Shown piece after piece: positions 19,792 to 28,739 of a DNA stretch of 64,000 bases. Within the stretch, counting starts at the first letter, position 1. Every line of letters begins with the position of its first letter. Source of the stretch: a virus (taxonomy: Duplodnaviria; Heunggongvirae; Uroviricota; Caudoviricetes); IMG/VR virus record IMGVR_UViG_3300021354_000005, positions 13,561 to 77,560 of that record; one strand, given 5' to 3'. A program made the translations under genes and the position numbers. Under the pieces are notes generated by a model. The model made no database searches. It saw only the letters and a list, made by a program, of their open reading frames with translations, and had not been told where the DNA came from.

Positions 19792-20910
19792 TTATTTAAC
19801 AGCTATCCCATTCCAATATCTTGAACCAGCAGATGTCATAGCAACCCAAGATGAACCATAATCAGATGAGCAATAAAGATATCCATTTTGTACTGCTAAA
19901 TATTGATGTTGACCACTTGTTGACATTGCTGAAGCTTTAAAATTTAGAGCACCTAATGAAGATGTTGACCAAGTAATTCCATAATCACTAGATAGATATG
20001 CATTATGTCCATAATCTCCTATAATCCAATATTTTCCAGTTGAAGAAATACACGCTGTTCTCCAAGTACCTGTTCCTCCTATCAAAGTAATTTGTGTCCA
20101 AGTAACTCCATAGTCTGTTGATTTCCACGAGTAACCACCATTTTGACAAACTACCTGATACATTCCATCATTTGATATAGCGCAAGCTTCCCAATCTACA
20201 GCAGAAGAATTAATTGCACCTGATATTCTAGTAAAATCTACACCATAATTAGTAGACATTTGTACAAATCCATAACCTGTTGAACCTCCTCCTCCTGCTG
20301 CTGCTAATGCATATTGTCCATTACCAGAAATAGCTACGCATCCATACCACCATTGCCCTGAAGTACTACTATTACGAAAAGTAACTCCATAATCACTTGA
20401 ATATTTCACATAGCTAAAATCAGGCGCATATATTTGATATTGGCCAGTGCTACTAACACCTAAAGAATATGGGTCTTGATAAGGGTCAGTGTCTGGTGTC
20501 CACGTTGCACCATAATTATTAGAAGTTCTAAGAACAGCAGTAGCCCCACCTGTTGACTGATATTGTCCACCCCTAGACATTCCTATTGAAGTCCAATAAT
20601 TTGAGCCTACTGAAGTTAATGCATTCCAAGAAACTCCACCATCTGTTGAACGATATATGTAACCAGGATTCCCATCTATAGCTGTAATATAGTTAGTTCC
20701 TACATTTGAAACTAAATTTGATTTAACAACAAGTTGATTATTAAGTTTAGCTATATCATTTATATAAACATAATACTCTGCTTCACTTTTATTAATTTGT
20801 TTATTACTAACTGGAATTGTATTTTGTAATGTAAATACACCATTATTAACTGCATCCTGTAAGTTATTACATGATACCGTTTGATTATTTGCTAATGCTG
20901 ACCAACTCAT
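19792..20910 (-). CDS. BNR/Asp-box repeat beta-propeller protein (sialidase-like fold); candidate receptor-binding or glycan-active tail protein
   Basis: Seven S-x-D-x-G-x-(T/S)-(W/F) Asp-box repeats: STDGGVSW, SNNYGATW, SSDYGVTF, STNYGVDF, STDYGVTW, SSDYGITW, SSDYGSSW. Confidence 0.7.
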   Translation of the reverse strand: MSWSALANNQTVSCNNLQDAVNNGVFTLQNTIPVSNKQINKSEAEYYVYINDIAKLNNQLVVKSNLVSNVGTNYITAIDGNPGYIYRSTDGGVSWNALTSVGSNYWTSIGMSRGGQYQSTGGATAVLRTSNNYGATWTPDTDPYQDPYSLGVSSTGQYQIYAPDFSYVKYSSDYGVTFRNSSTSGQWWYGCVAISGNGQYALAAAGGGGSTGYGFVQMSTNYGVDFTRISGAINSSAVDWEACAISNDGMYQVVCQNGGYSWKSTDYGVTWTQITLIGGTGTWRTACISSTGKYWIIGDYGHNAYLSSDYGITWSTSSLGALNFKASAMSTSGQHQYLAVQNGYLYCSSDYGSSWVAMTSAGSRYWNGIAVK

Positions 20911-23216
20911 TATTTATTTAATTTAGCTTCTAATTCTGCAATGCGTTTTTCTAAAGCTGCTATTTTTAATGTGTGAACATCTGAATAGTTTACCGTTAAT
21001 TCATCTTCTCCAATTACTGCCTCAGGAATAATTGTCTGTACTTGTTGAGCTGAATAACCAAATCTAACCTTTTCATTATCTTTTCTTGTAAATTTAATTA
21101 CATCTATACCTAAAACATTAACAGTTGGATTTGTTTCTATAACATTCTTAAATCTTATATCTGAACTCTCATAGAAAGCAGAAGCTGTAAAACTATCTGT
21201 ACAACCAGATGCTCCATACATAGTAACACCTGTACCATCATATCTTATTCTTACTGTACTTCCTCCATTAGTATAAAAATACATATTTCCATCACTAGAA
21301 GATGTAATTTGATTTTGATAAGTATTTTCATTACCACCTAAAAAGAATCTTAAAGAACAAATAGTAGTAGAATCAGCAGAAAAATCCCAATAACCAGCAT
21401 CTTTTGAAGAAATATACATTCCTGTCACTGAATTTTTCAAACCATATCTAACAACAGAATTTATATACCATCCACCAATAGTCATATCACTTCCACTAAT
21501 TGTCATAGTGGTGTTAGCTGTAGCACTATTTGATGTACCATTAGCAGTTAATATAGATCCTGAATTTGTTGGAGATATAGAAGTAAATCCAGGTCCTACT
21601 GGTCCCACTGGTCCCACTGGTCCTACTGGTCCCACTGGTCCTGTTCCTCCATTTGAACCATTAGTACCATTTGTACCACTAGTACCACTAGCTCCATTAA
21701 CTCCACTTGTACCACTAGCTCCATTAACTCCACTTGTACCACTAGCTCCAGTAACTCCTCTAACTCCTGCTATTGATAAAGTCCAAGATGTAGCTGTTGT
21801 TGTTCCTACATTATAATCAGCTGTAATTGCAAATGATGTACTACCTGTGATAGTAACTATTCCTTCAAAATAGTTAGAAACAGTATTAACTGCTCTAACT
21901 CTATCGCCTGTTATGTAAGCTCCCTGTCCATTAGTTGTTAATGTAATTACTCCTGTTGATGCAGGAGTGGCACTTGTTGCTGATGTAATATTTGAATATC
22001 CAACACCAGATGTTCCATTTGTACCACTAGTACCATTAGTTCCACTTGTACCTGATGAACCGTTAGTTCCATTTGTACCACTAGTACCATTAGTTCCACT
22101 TGTACCTGATGAACCGTTAGTTCCATTTGTACCACTAGTACCATTAGTTCCACTTGTACCTGATGAACCATTAGTTCCATGTGTACCTGAAGAAGCTGAT
22201 GTACCACTAGAACCATTTGTTCCATTAGTACCAGTTGTACCACTAGAACCAGTTGAACCACTTGTACCTGATGTACCATTACCACCAGCAGCACCATATA
22301 AATTTACAACCCAAACTGCATATGTTCCTGAACCTGTAATTGTTAATACATTAACAGCCATTATACCTGTACCACTATTATAATTAGTAACAGTTCCTTC
22401 CATTGTATTAGAACCATCATATGCTAAAAGTACTGTTTGAGCCACACTATAAGCAAGTCCTGTTGTAACAGTTAATGTACGACTTCCTGTTCCTATTGTT
22501 AAAGATGTAGTAGAAGTTGTAAGATATTTATCTCCATTTGCACCAGCAGTTCCTGATGAACCATTAGTACCAGAAGTTCCTGATGAACCAGAAGAACCAG
22601 ATGTACCACTTGTTCCAGATGAACCACTACTTGCAGATGTTCCTGCAGAACCAGATGTACCACTTGTAGCAGAACTACCAGATGTACCAGCTGTAGCATC
22701 ACGACCTGAAGTTCCAGATGTACCAGATGTACCAGATGAACCATCTGTACCAGAGAAACCAGTAGAACCAGAAGTTCCAGAGCTTCCACTAGATCCATCA
22801 GAACCACTTGTTCCACCTGATCCATTACGACCAGATGTACCACTTATTCCATTAGTTCCAGAAACACCATTAGTTCCAGACACACCACTAGTTCCATTAT
22901 GACCAGATGTAGCACTTGATCCAGATGTACCAGCACTACCAGTAGCACCAGTAGCACCAGATGTTCCAGAAGAGCCATTATGTCCAGAAGAACCAGAAGT
23001 TCCTGAGGTACCATTATGCCCAACAGGGCCTGAACCAATAGCCTCATCTATCTTCTCTAAGGCAGTAGTTAAACAATCTCCATTGTGAACTCCTGAGTTA
23101 GGTAAGTTAGGTCCAATATATTCTACGTGATTTGAATCAGTTTCGCAAGCATTACAACCAGGATTTTCATTTGGTTGATAAAATGCACTATAGCAAGGAT
23201 CGCCAGGTTGACACAT
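20910..23216 (-). CDS. collagen-like tail fibre with a C-terminal peptidase-S74 intramolecular chaperone domain
   Basis: Hundreds of G-X-Y triplets (GTSGTSGSSG...). C-terminal SSDIRFKNVIE matches the SDxRxK auto-cleavage motif and is followed by the coiled-coil LEKRIAELEAKL. Confidence 0.8.
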   Translation of the reverse strand: MCQPGDPCYSAFYQPNENPGCNACETDSNHVEYIGPNLPNSGVHNGDCLTTALEKIDEAIGSGPVGHNGTSGTSGSSGHNGSSGTSGATGATGSAGTSGSSATSGHNGTSGVSGTNGVSGTNGISGTSGRNGSGGTSGSDGSSGSSGTSGSTGFSGTDGSSGTSGTSGTSGRDATAGTSGSSATSGTSGSAGTSASSGSSGTSGTSGSSGSSGTSGTNGSSGTAGANGDKYLTTSTTSLTIGTGSRTLTVTTGLAYSVAQTVLLAYDGSNTMEGTVTNYNSGTGIMAVNVLTITGSGTYAVWVVNLYGAAGGNGTSGTSGSTGSSGTTGTNGTNGSSGTSASSGTHGTNGSSGTSGTNGTSGTNGTNGSSGTSGTNGTSGTNGTNGSSGTSGTNGTSGTNGTSGVGYSNITSATSATPASTGVITLTTNGQGAYITGDRVRAVNTVSNYFEGIVTITGSTSFAITADYNVGTTTATSWTLSIAGVRGVTGASGTSGVNGASGTSGVNGASGTSGTNGTNGSNGGTGPVGPVGPVGPVGPVGPGFTSISPTNSGSILTANGTSNSATANTTMTISGSDMTIGGWYINSVVRYGLKNSVTGMYISSKDAGYWDFSADSTTICSLRFFLGGNENTYQNQITSSSDGNMYFYTNGGSTVRIRYDGTGVTMYGASGCTDSFTASAFYESSDIRFKNVIETNPTVNVLGIDVIKFTRKDNEKVRFGYSAQQVQTIIPEAVIGEDELTVNYSDVHTLKIAALEKRIAELEAKLNK
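22015..22180. repeat. three near-perfect tandem copies of a 54-bp unit inside the collagen-like fibre gene
   Basis: Unit ...tgtaccactagtaccattagttccacttgtacctgatgaaccgttagttccattt x3. Encodes the 18-aa repeat TNGSSGTSGTNGTSGTNG. Confidence 0.7.
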
Positions 23217-23235
23217 TTATTGTTGATTTATAATA

Positions 23236-24342
23236 TTAAGGAATATACATTATATAGTTACAAGCTAATACAGGTTGTATGTTAGCATGACCTAAACCAT
23301 TTCCTGTTGGTGAAATAGTCATAGTTGTATTTACATCTACAGTTATACCTGTTTTACTAGTAGTTGTAGCTTTATTAGATGAGCCATTTTCACTACCAAA
23401 TACATTTGAACCATCTCCACCACCTTTATTAAGATAGTTAAAATAGTGACTATGTCCAGGATCATTTACTTGAGCACTAGAAATAGCAGATGAATTATGT
23501 GAGTGACTTGGTAATTGTGAAACATTTAATGCCACTGTATTTGCACCACTTACATCATAAACACTATAATTTGGATTACCAGCAAATGTAGGATTTACAG
23601 CAGGGTTCAATGCACCACCAGGAACATTATTTATAGCACCAACTCCCACTCTACCTCTATGATCAGGAGTGCCATTATTTCCATTACATAAATAAACCTT
23701 ATACCAACCTAATGTAGAAATACCAGCACCTGTACCATCAAAATTGGTAAGAGGTCCATAATATTCCATAGCTGTATAAGGAATCATTTTTAAATATTGT
23801 TGATTAGAACTTCCTCCACTTGTACCAGCTATATAAGCAGCAATTAGAGTGTTTAAGTCAGCAAGCTTTACATAGTTTGTACTTACATCAAGTCCTAAAG
23901 CAGTTAATCCTGCAGCAGTTGCACAAAGCTTTGTAATTATAGCTTGTACAATATCATGAGTATCAGAAGAAGCAGTTACACCTGAAAGACAACCAATACT
24001 ATAATCAGCATTCAATGTAGCTAATATAGAATCAATTGCTAACACTTGTGCTTGTAAGTCACACTCTCCTTTAGCAAGAGCTTTAATCCAATCTTGAGAA
24101 TTATGAGTTAATCCTGCTGTAAGATAACCAGTAATTAATGTACATACGTCTGGTGAAGCTAGAGTAATTGCATCTCCTGTACCAGTTAATAATGGTACAA
24201 GTTTATCTGTAATCATTTGCTCTACATGCTTCAATGTATCTCCTGTAGAGATATTTAATGCTGGGATACTTAAACCTGTATACCTAACACATTCATCAGG
24301 AGTAACAGTAACACATCCGTTATAACAACTTGTACAAGACAT
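23236..24342 (-). CDS. tail fibre / receptor-binding protein with a C-terminal phage tail-collar (T4 gp12-type) domain
   Basis: QLPSHSHNS...GHSHYF...GLGHANIQPVLACNYIMYIP matches the collar-domain consensus (ELPxHxH...hxNxQPyl.lNyiI). Confidence 0.6.
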   Translation of the reverse strand: MSCTSCYNGCVTVTPDECVRYTGLSIPALNISTGDTLKHVEQMITDKLVPLLTGTGDAITLASPDVCTLITGYLTAGLTHNSQDWIKALAKGECDLQAQVLAIDSILATLNADYSIGCLSGVTASSDTHDIVQAIITKLCATAAGLTALGLDVSTNYVKLADLNTLIAAYIAGTSGGSSNQQYLKMIPYTAMEYYGPLTNFDGTGAGISTLGWYKVYLCNGNNGTPDHRGRVGVGAINNVPGGALNPAVNPTFAGNPNYSVYDVSGANTVALNVSQLPSHSHNSSAISSAQVNDPGHSHYFNYLNKGGGDGSNVFGSENGSSNKATTTSKTGITVDVNTTMTISPTGNGLGHANIQPVLACNYIMYIP

Positions 24343-24350
24343 TTTTCAGT

Positions 24351-24617
24351 TTATTTATAAATTAACAACTTCACTTTACTAGCAATCATTTGTACTGTAT
24401 AAGGTTCACAGTAAAATGGATTACAAAGTTTATATGTTAATATTTGTTTATAATTTAATAAGTCGCCTATCACTTGTCCTGGGATATAATAGTTTAGTGA
24501 AAATACTAAATTATTATACTGAATATTAGCCCAGTAAGTTAAGCGTTCATCTATATCAGATAATAATGCAGGGATACTGGCACTATCATAACAATCGGTT
24601 AATCTTGGAGATAACAT
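24351..24617 (-). CDS. hypothetical protein (88 aa)
   Basis: ORF from the track. A 49-codon Cys-rich ORF (MANCRNCGLKVGCGCQ...) starts at 24731 in another frame and overlaps its start. Confidence 0.35.
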   Translation of the reverse strand: MLSPRLTDCYDSASIPALLSDIDERLTYWANIQYNNLVFSLNYYIPGQVIGDLLNYKQILTYKLCNPFYCEPYTVQMIASKVKLLIYK

Positions 24618-24730
24618 GTTTAATTCTTTGAGATGCTTGTTTCAACTTGTAATTACATGCTGAACATAAGCCATTAATTAATTGACAACCACAGCCCACT
24701 TTAAGGCCACAGTTTCTACAGTTTGCCATA

Positions 24731-25345
24731 TCAATAGAAGTTATTTATATAGTTGTTACCAGAACAACCACAGTTGTTGGTTAAGAAATAATCTAATTGT
24801 CTATTTGCTTGAACATATAGTTTGTTTGCTGTATCTATAGCACAGTTATTAGCTGCAGCAATAGAACCTTGAATCATGAAATCTATACTACTTAACTGAA
24901 CCTTTGATTGTGTTCTAATAGCTGAATCACATTCCATCATATCCAGTTTCATAAATGCACCATCAAACTTTTCTTGGATCACTTCTGTACGCATGAAGTT
25001 CTTTTCTACAAAATTTGTAGCAGCAGGAGCCACTGAATATTTTAAACCATATATACCATCTGGTAAAGGAGTGGTTGCAGGAAATGGACTTAATCCTAAC
25101 ATAATAGAATTATATACATTAAAATCATTTGGTCTAAATGGAAGAGAGACAGGAGTAGAGAATCCAGGAATACTAATCTGCATAGTAGGAGCAGAAACAT
25201 TAGGAGGAGTAGTGTCATATACTGATATGTCAGCTATACCTAATGTTTTGGTAGAATACGTATTTATTACTAGGAAATCTAAAGTCATCTTATTTAAAAT
25301 AATAATGCCAGAGGATTTGAGATTCATCCTCTCACCCTCTGGCAT
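24731..25345 (-). CDS. hypothetical structural protein (204 aa)
   Basis: ORF in operon. Confidence 0.45.
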   Translation of the reverse strand: MPEGERMNLKSSGIIILNKMTLDFLVINTYSTKTLGIADISVYDTTPPNVSAPTMQISIPGFSTPVSLPFRPNDFNVYNSIMLGLSPFPATTPLPDGIYGLKYSVAPAATNFVEKNFMRTEVIQEKFDGAFMKLDMMECDSAIRTQSKVQLSSIDFMIQGSIAAANNCAIDTANKLYVQANRQLDYFLTNNCGCSGNNYINNFY

Positions 25346-25371
25346 AGGTTAATATGATACTACCCTTTTTC

Positions 25372-26508
25372 TTAAGGAATCAAAGTAGTAGTTGTTGAAG
25401 TACTTGGCCATATAGTAGTTGTAGTACTTGTTGTAGAAGTGATTGGACCACTGTCATCAACTGGAAGTCCTAATGCTGGTGTCAAGATAGCTAAGATATC
25501 TGCAGTTTGACTTTGAGGAATAGCAATAATTACAGTGCTATCTTCAATGATGTAGTCACCCCACTTGTACTCTGATTTGTCAACTGTGTTAAACTTAATA
25601 TACAAAGTATCATAAGTTGTACCACTAGTTACCCAGCTTTCAAAGTTTTCGTTGTAACCAACCATTCTGTATAAATGCTTCAAATATCCAGCTTGATAAC
25701 TATAGAAATTCTTTTCTAATTGTTGAATCTCAGCAGAAGTACCAGAAACATAAGAAGAACGTTGAGTGATTACAGGCTCAGCTACCATGTTACAAGGATC
25801 AGCAACAATAAAGTCAGCAGTTGTAGCAGGACCAGCAAAGATGAAGGTTCTGAACCACATACGATCGTACTCCCAAGGATCAGCAGCAACGTCACAAGGT
25901 TGTCCATAAACAGTTAAAGGCTTACCGCTAATAACTAATTTAGCATTTTGATCGTCACCAACTCTTTGGAATTGATAGAAAGTACTAAAAGAAATGTTGT
26001 CAGGGTTGTTACCTGGGGCTTTCAACTCTAAATGATAAATTAAATTATCAATTAATTGAGGAACATCAACATCTCCACAAGGGTTCTCACCACAAGCTAA
26101 GCAAGGAGCATTAACTGTTACTGAACGAGTGAAACCATTAAAGTACAAAGTATCAATATAAGAAGAATGAGCACGTAAAGTTAAAGTGATGATTTCTCCT
26201 GGTTTAACAGTGAAATTACCTACTTCAGTTACTTGATTAGCAGCTACAGGATTTCCTGTAACACTGTACCATTCACTTACATTAGAAGCAGAGATCTTAT
26301 CAGATCTTTTGCTACCTTGCAAATATGTGTTTACTCTACCTTGAGCGGCATAAAAATAAGGGGCAGCTGCAATATTACCTGCAGTTGCTACAGCATAGGT
26401 ATTGGTAAAGAAACCAAATTGTCCTGCTGTTAAGTCTTGTGTGGATCCAGTGCTAGGTAGAGTGTTTCCTACTGGCACCACAAAGAGCGTGGTTAATGAA
26501 AAATCCAT
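25372..26508 (-). CDS. hypothetical virion protein (378 aa) with a Thr/Ser-rich C-terminal tail
   Basis: ORF ending in ...ITSTTSTTTTIWPSTSTTTTLIP. Candidate tail or neck component. Confidence 0.45.
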   Translation of the reverse strand: MDFSLTTLFVVPVGNTLPSTGSTQDLTAGQFGFFTNTYAVATAGNIAAAPYFYAAQGRVNTYLQGSKRSDKISASNVSEWYSVTGNPVAANQVTEVGNFTVKPGEIITLTLRAHSSYIDTLYFNGFTRSVTVNAPCLACGENPCGDVDVPQLIDNLIYHLELKAPGNNPDNISFSTFYQFQRVGDDQNAKLVISGKPLTVYGQPCDVAADPWEYDRMWFRTFIFAGPATTADFIVADPCNMVAEPVITQRSSYVSGTSAEIQQLEKNFYSYQAGYLKHLYRMVGYNENFESWVTSGTTYDTLYIKFNTVDKSEYKWGDYIIEDSTVIIAIPQSQTADILAILTPALGLPVDDSGPITSTTSTTTTIWPSTSTTTTLIP

Positions 26509-26536
26509 TTTGTTTTATTTAAATTTTGAAAAAAAA

Positions 26537-27268
26537 TTACTCGTTTGTTCTTATTCTAACTTCAGCAGCTTGTACAGCTGGAGCATTCTCTGTGTACATT
26601 GCTAAGTTCTCAACTGTTAAATCTACTAATTCATCTTCTAGATACATAGCAAGTTCACAATCTGTGGTTATAGAATCTGTTCCATCGAAGTGAACATATC
26701 CCACTTTATCTATATATCTTGGATATCTTAAGTAAGATAGATATAATGTCTTTGGAGTGAAGGTACCATCTGAGTAAACCATTATCTGGTTTGTATTGAT
26801 GTTACTAAATGTCTCCTGATATTCAAATGATGGTCTATAGTGAGTGTTGTTTATAATAACAGGAATATCTCCATGTTTTACTAACTCTCTATTAATCCAT
26901 ATAGTTCTGTCTACACATCTACCTTTATCTGCCACAACATATGAATCCATGTAGAACATATATGCTGGTGTAATTCCTGTTAAATCTGCAGTCCACTGAT
27001 GTAACTGAGGGTTAGTTGGTACCAAGGGTAAAGGATGATCCTCATAGTTTTCAATCAGTTTCTGAAGATCTTCATAACGCTTTCTGAAAGCATCCAAACC
27101 AAGTGTACTTGGAGTGGCTGGACCATCAAGCTTTTGCTTGACCATTTTAATTTGGGCCTCATTCAGAGCTAAAATCTTATCTTCTAATTGAATCTGTTGA
27201 TGTTCGTTAGTTGATAGTTTATTTAGTTTCTGATCTATTTTATATAATAAACTATCTACTGGGATCAT
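26537..27268 (-). CDS. hypothetical head/neck protein (243 aa)
   Basis: ORF with a 4-nt ATGA overlap with the upstream gene. Sits in the head-completion region. Confidence 0.45.
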   Translation of the reverse strand: MIPVDSLLYKIDQKLNKLSTNEHQQIQLEDKILALNEAQIKMVKQKLDGPATPSTLGLDAFRKRYEDLQKLIENYEDHPLPLVPTNPQLHQWTADLTGITPAYMFYMDSYVVADKGRCVDRTIWINRELVKHGDIPVIINNTHYRPSFEYQETFSNINTNQIMVYSDGTFTPKTLYLSYLRYPRYIDKVGYVHFDGTDSITTDCELAMYLEDELVDLTVENLAMYTENAPAVQAAEVRIRTNE

Positions 27269-28233
27269 ATCGATGCTAATTTTTTACTTTTCAATTTGCC
27301 TTCTAATGTTAACAACGCATCTTGGTTATCTTCATCTATTAAGAACTTCACCAAATCTTCTTCATCTTTAGCTATTTCATTTTCTCCTTCAGTAATTTTA
27401 CCATTAGGTTTTACACGATATATAGAGTGAGTGATAGCTTGTTTTACTAAATCTTTAATATGGAGTAAGTTTTCCTTCATGTCTGCAAACTGGCCAAATA
27501 CCTGTACAGGATTTAAACCTTGATGTTTACCATTCTTGAATTCTGTTTGTTTTAATAGGTTATCCACTTGATTATATACCATGTCTTCTCTTGAATCTTC
27601 ACTAACTGGTAATCCTAATAATCTAGCCACTTTACGTTTCTTCTCTGCAGACATTGCATCAAATTTAATAATAGCCTTATTGATTAACTGCTTCTTCTTA
27701 AATATTACTGCATTTTCAATTTCATCATCTGCTACATAGAATTGTGTATCTGCTGGATATTCACCACGCTCCCAAGCTTGATAGCTAGAAGCAATTGTTG
27801 GATGAACTCTTAACCAAGCAAAGGCTAATTCTTGAGATGGATTGCTAAAATCAAAATAGTTATCACCATCTAATAATTTAACAGCTTGCACATGTAACAT
27901 GTCATCTGAAGAAGTTGATAAACCATAGTTCCAGAAACTAGAACGAGGACCTAAATCAATATCACCTAAAGCAGCTTCTAATCTTTTACGTAAATTAGTA
28001 ACTCTTTCAATTTCTAACTCTCTTTCAGTTATATCTTGTATTCTTCTGATGTATGCAGCACTAGCATCTAAGCCTGTTCTGTACTGTCCATCAAGTTCTT
28101 TATAAGGATACTTAAAAACTCCTGTACCAGGAATTCTTGTAAAGCCTTTAAGAGCAAGTCCACCTTGCATAGTTTGTAACTGAGAATTGTTATACTCCTT
28201 CTTTAAAGTGGAGATTTTTCCTATCTTACCCAT
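27265..28233 (-). CDS. hypothetical head/neck protein (322 aa)
   Basis: ORF between the HNH and the 243-aa gene. Confidence 0.45.
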   Translation of the reverse strand: MGKIGKISTLKKEYNNSQLQTMQGGLALKGFTRIPGTGVFKYPYKELDGQYRTGLDASAAYIRRIQDITERELEIERVTNLRKRLEAALGDIDLGPRSSFWNYGLSTSSDDMLHVQAVKLLDGDNYFDFSNPSQELAFAWLRVHPTIASSYQAWERGEYPADTQFYVADDEIENAVIFKKKQLINKAIIKFDAMSAEKKRKVARLLGLPVSEDSREDMVYNQVDNLLKQTEFKNGKHQGLNPVQVFGQFADMKENLLHIKDLVKQAITHSIYRVKPNGKITEGENEIAKDEEDLVKFLIDEDNQDALLTLEGKLKSKKLASI

Positions 28234-28236
28234 TTT

Positions 28237-28575
28237 TTATGTAGTTTTTGTTTGGTTTATAAAAAGTTGATTTCTTCTTTCAATTGTTTTAATTCTATGA
28301 CAATTTGCACATCTCACTTCACATTTACTTATCTCACTTGTTAGTCTTTCTAAAGACCATGCATTATTTACTGCATGAGATATGTTTCCTTCTTTATCAT
28401 CATTTATGTGGTCAAATTCTAGAACTCTTATATCTGTGTTTCCACAGTCTACACAAGGATGATTATTTAAGTAATCAGTTACAAATTCTCTGTTTCTCTT
28501 TTTACAAACCTCTCTAGAACTACTTCTATTGAGTTTTATAGATTCTTCTTTATTTACAGATCTGTACCTACCCAT
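28237..28575 (-). CDS. HNH endonuclease
   Basis: CVDCGNTDIRVLEFDHIND...HAVNNAW...CANCHRIKT, i.e. Cys pairs plus His-Asn-His. Track start is 28626. The internal Met at 28575 (MGRYRSV...) is preferred because 28576-28626 forms a perfect hairpin. Confidence 0.7.
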   Translation of the reverse strand: MGRYRSVNKEESIKLNRSSSREVCKKRNREFVTDYLNNHPCVDCGNTDIRVLEFDHINDDKEGNISHAVNNAWSLERLTSEISKCEVRCANCHRIKTIERRNQLFINQTKTT

Positions 28576-28579
28576 ATGT

Positions 28580-28739
28580 AGTTTTATTTGCAGATGGTTC
28601 CCATCGAAGGGAACACTGTACAGCATTTACTTGTACATGTCCATCTGTGATTGTGAGAAGACTCACCCACTTTTGATGAGTGGGGGGCAATTCTTCTCGG
28701 TATTTGTAGAGCATTAGTTCTAACCTTTGCCCTAGATTT
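28580..28739 (-). other. structured intergenic region downstream of the major capsid gene (two stem-loops)
   Basis: GTTCCC-ATCGAA-GGGAAC at 28597-28614 and CCCACT-TTTGATG-AGTGGG at 28666-28684. Locally GC-enriched. Confidence 0.45.

Noticed and set aside
21508-23047. Five plus-strand ORFs (102-138 aa; Pro/Val/Leu-rich or Leu/Val/His/Gln-rich) antisense to the collagen-like fibre gene
   Set aside because: They are the complement reading of the repetitive GGN-NNN-NNN collagen codons (Gly codons read as Pro or Val on the other strand). Low-complexity and fully contained in a much stronger gene.
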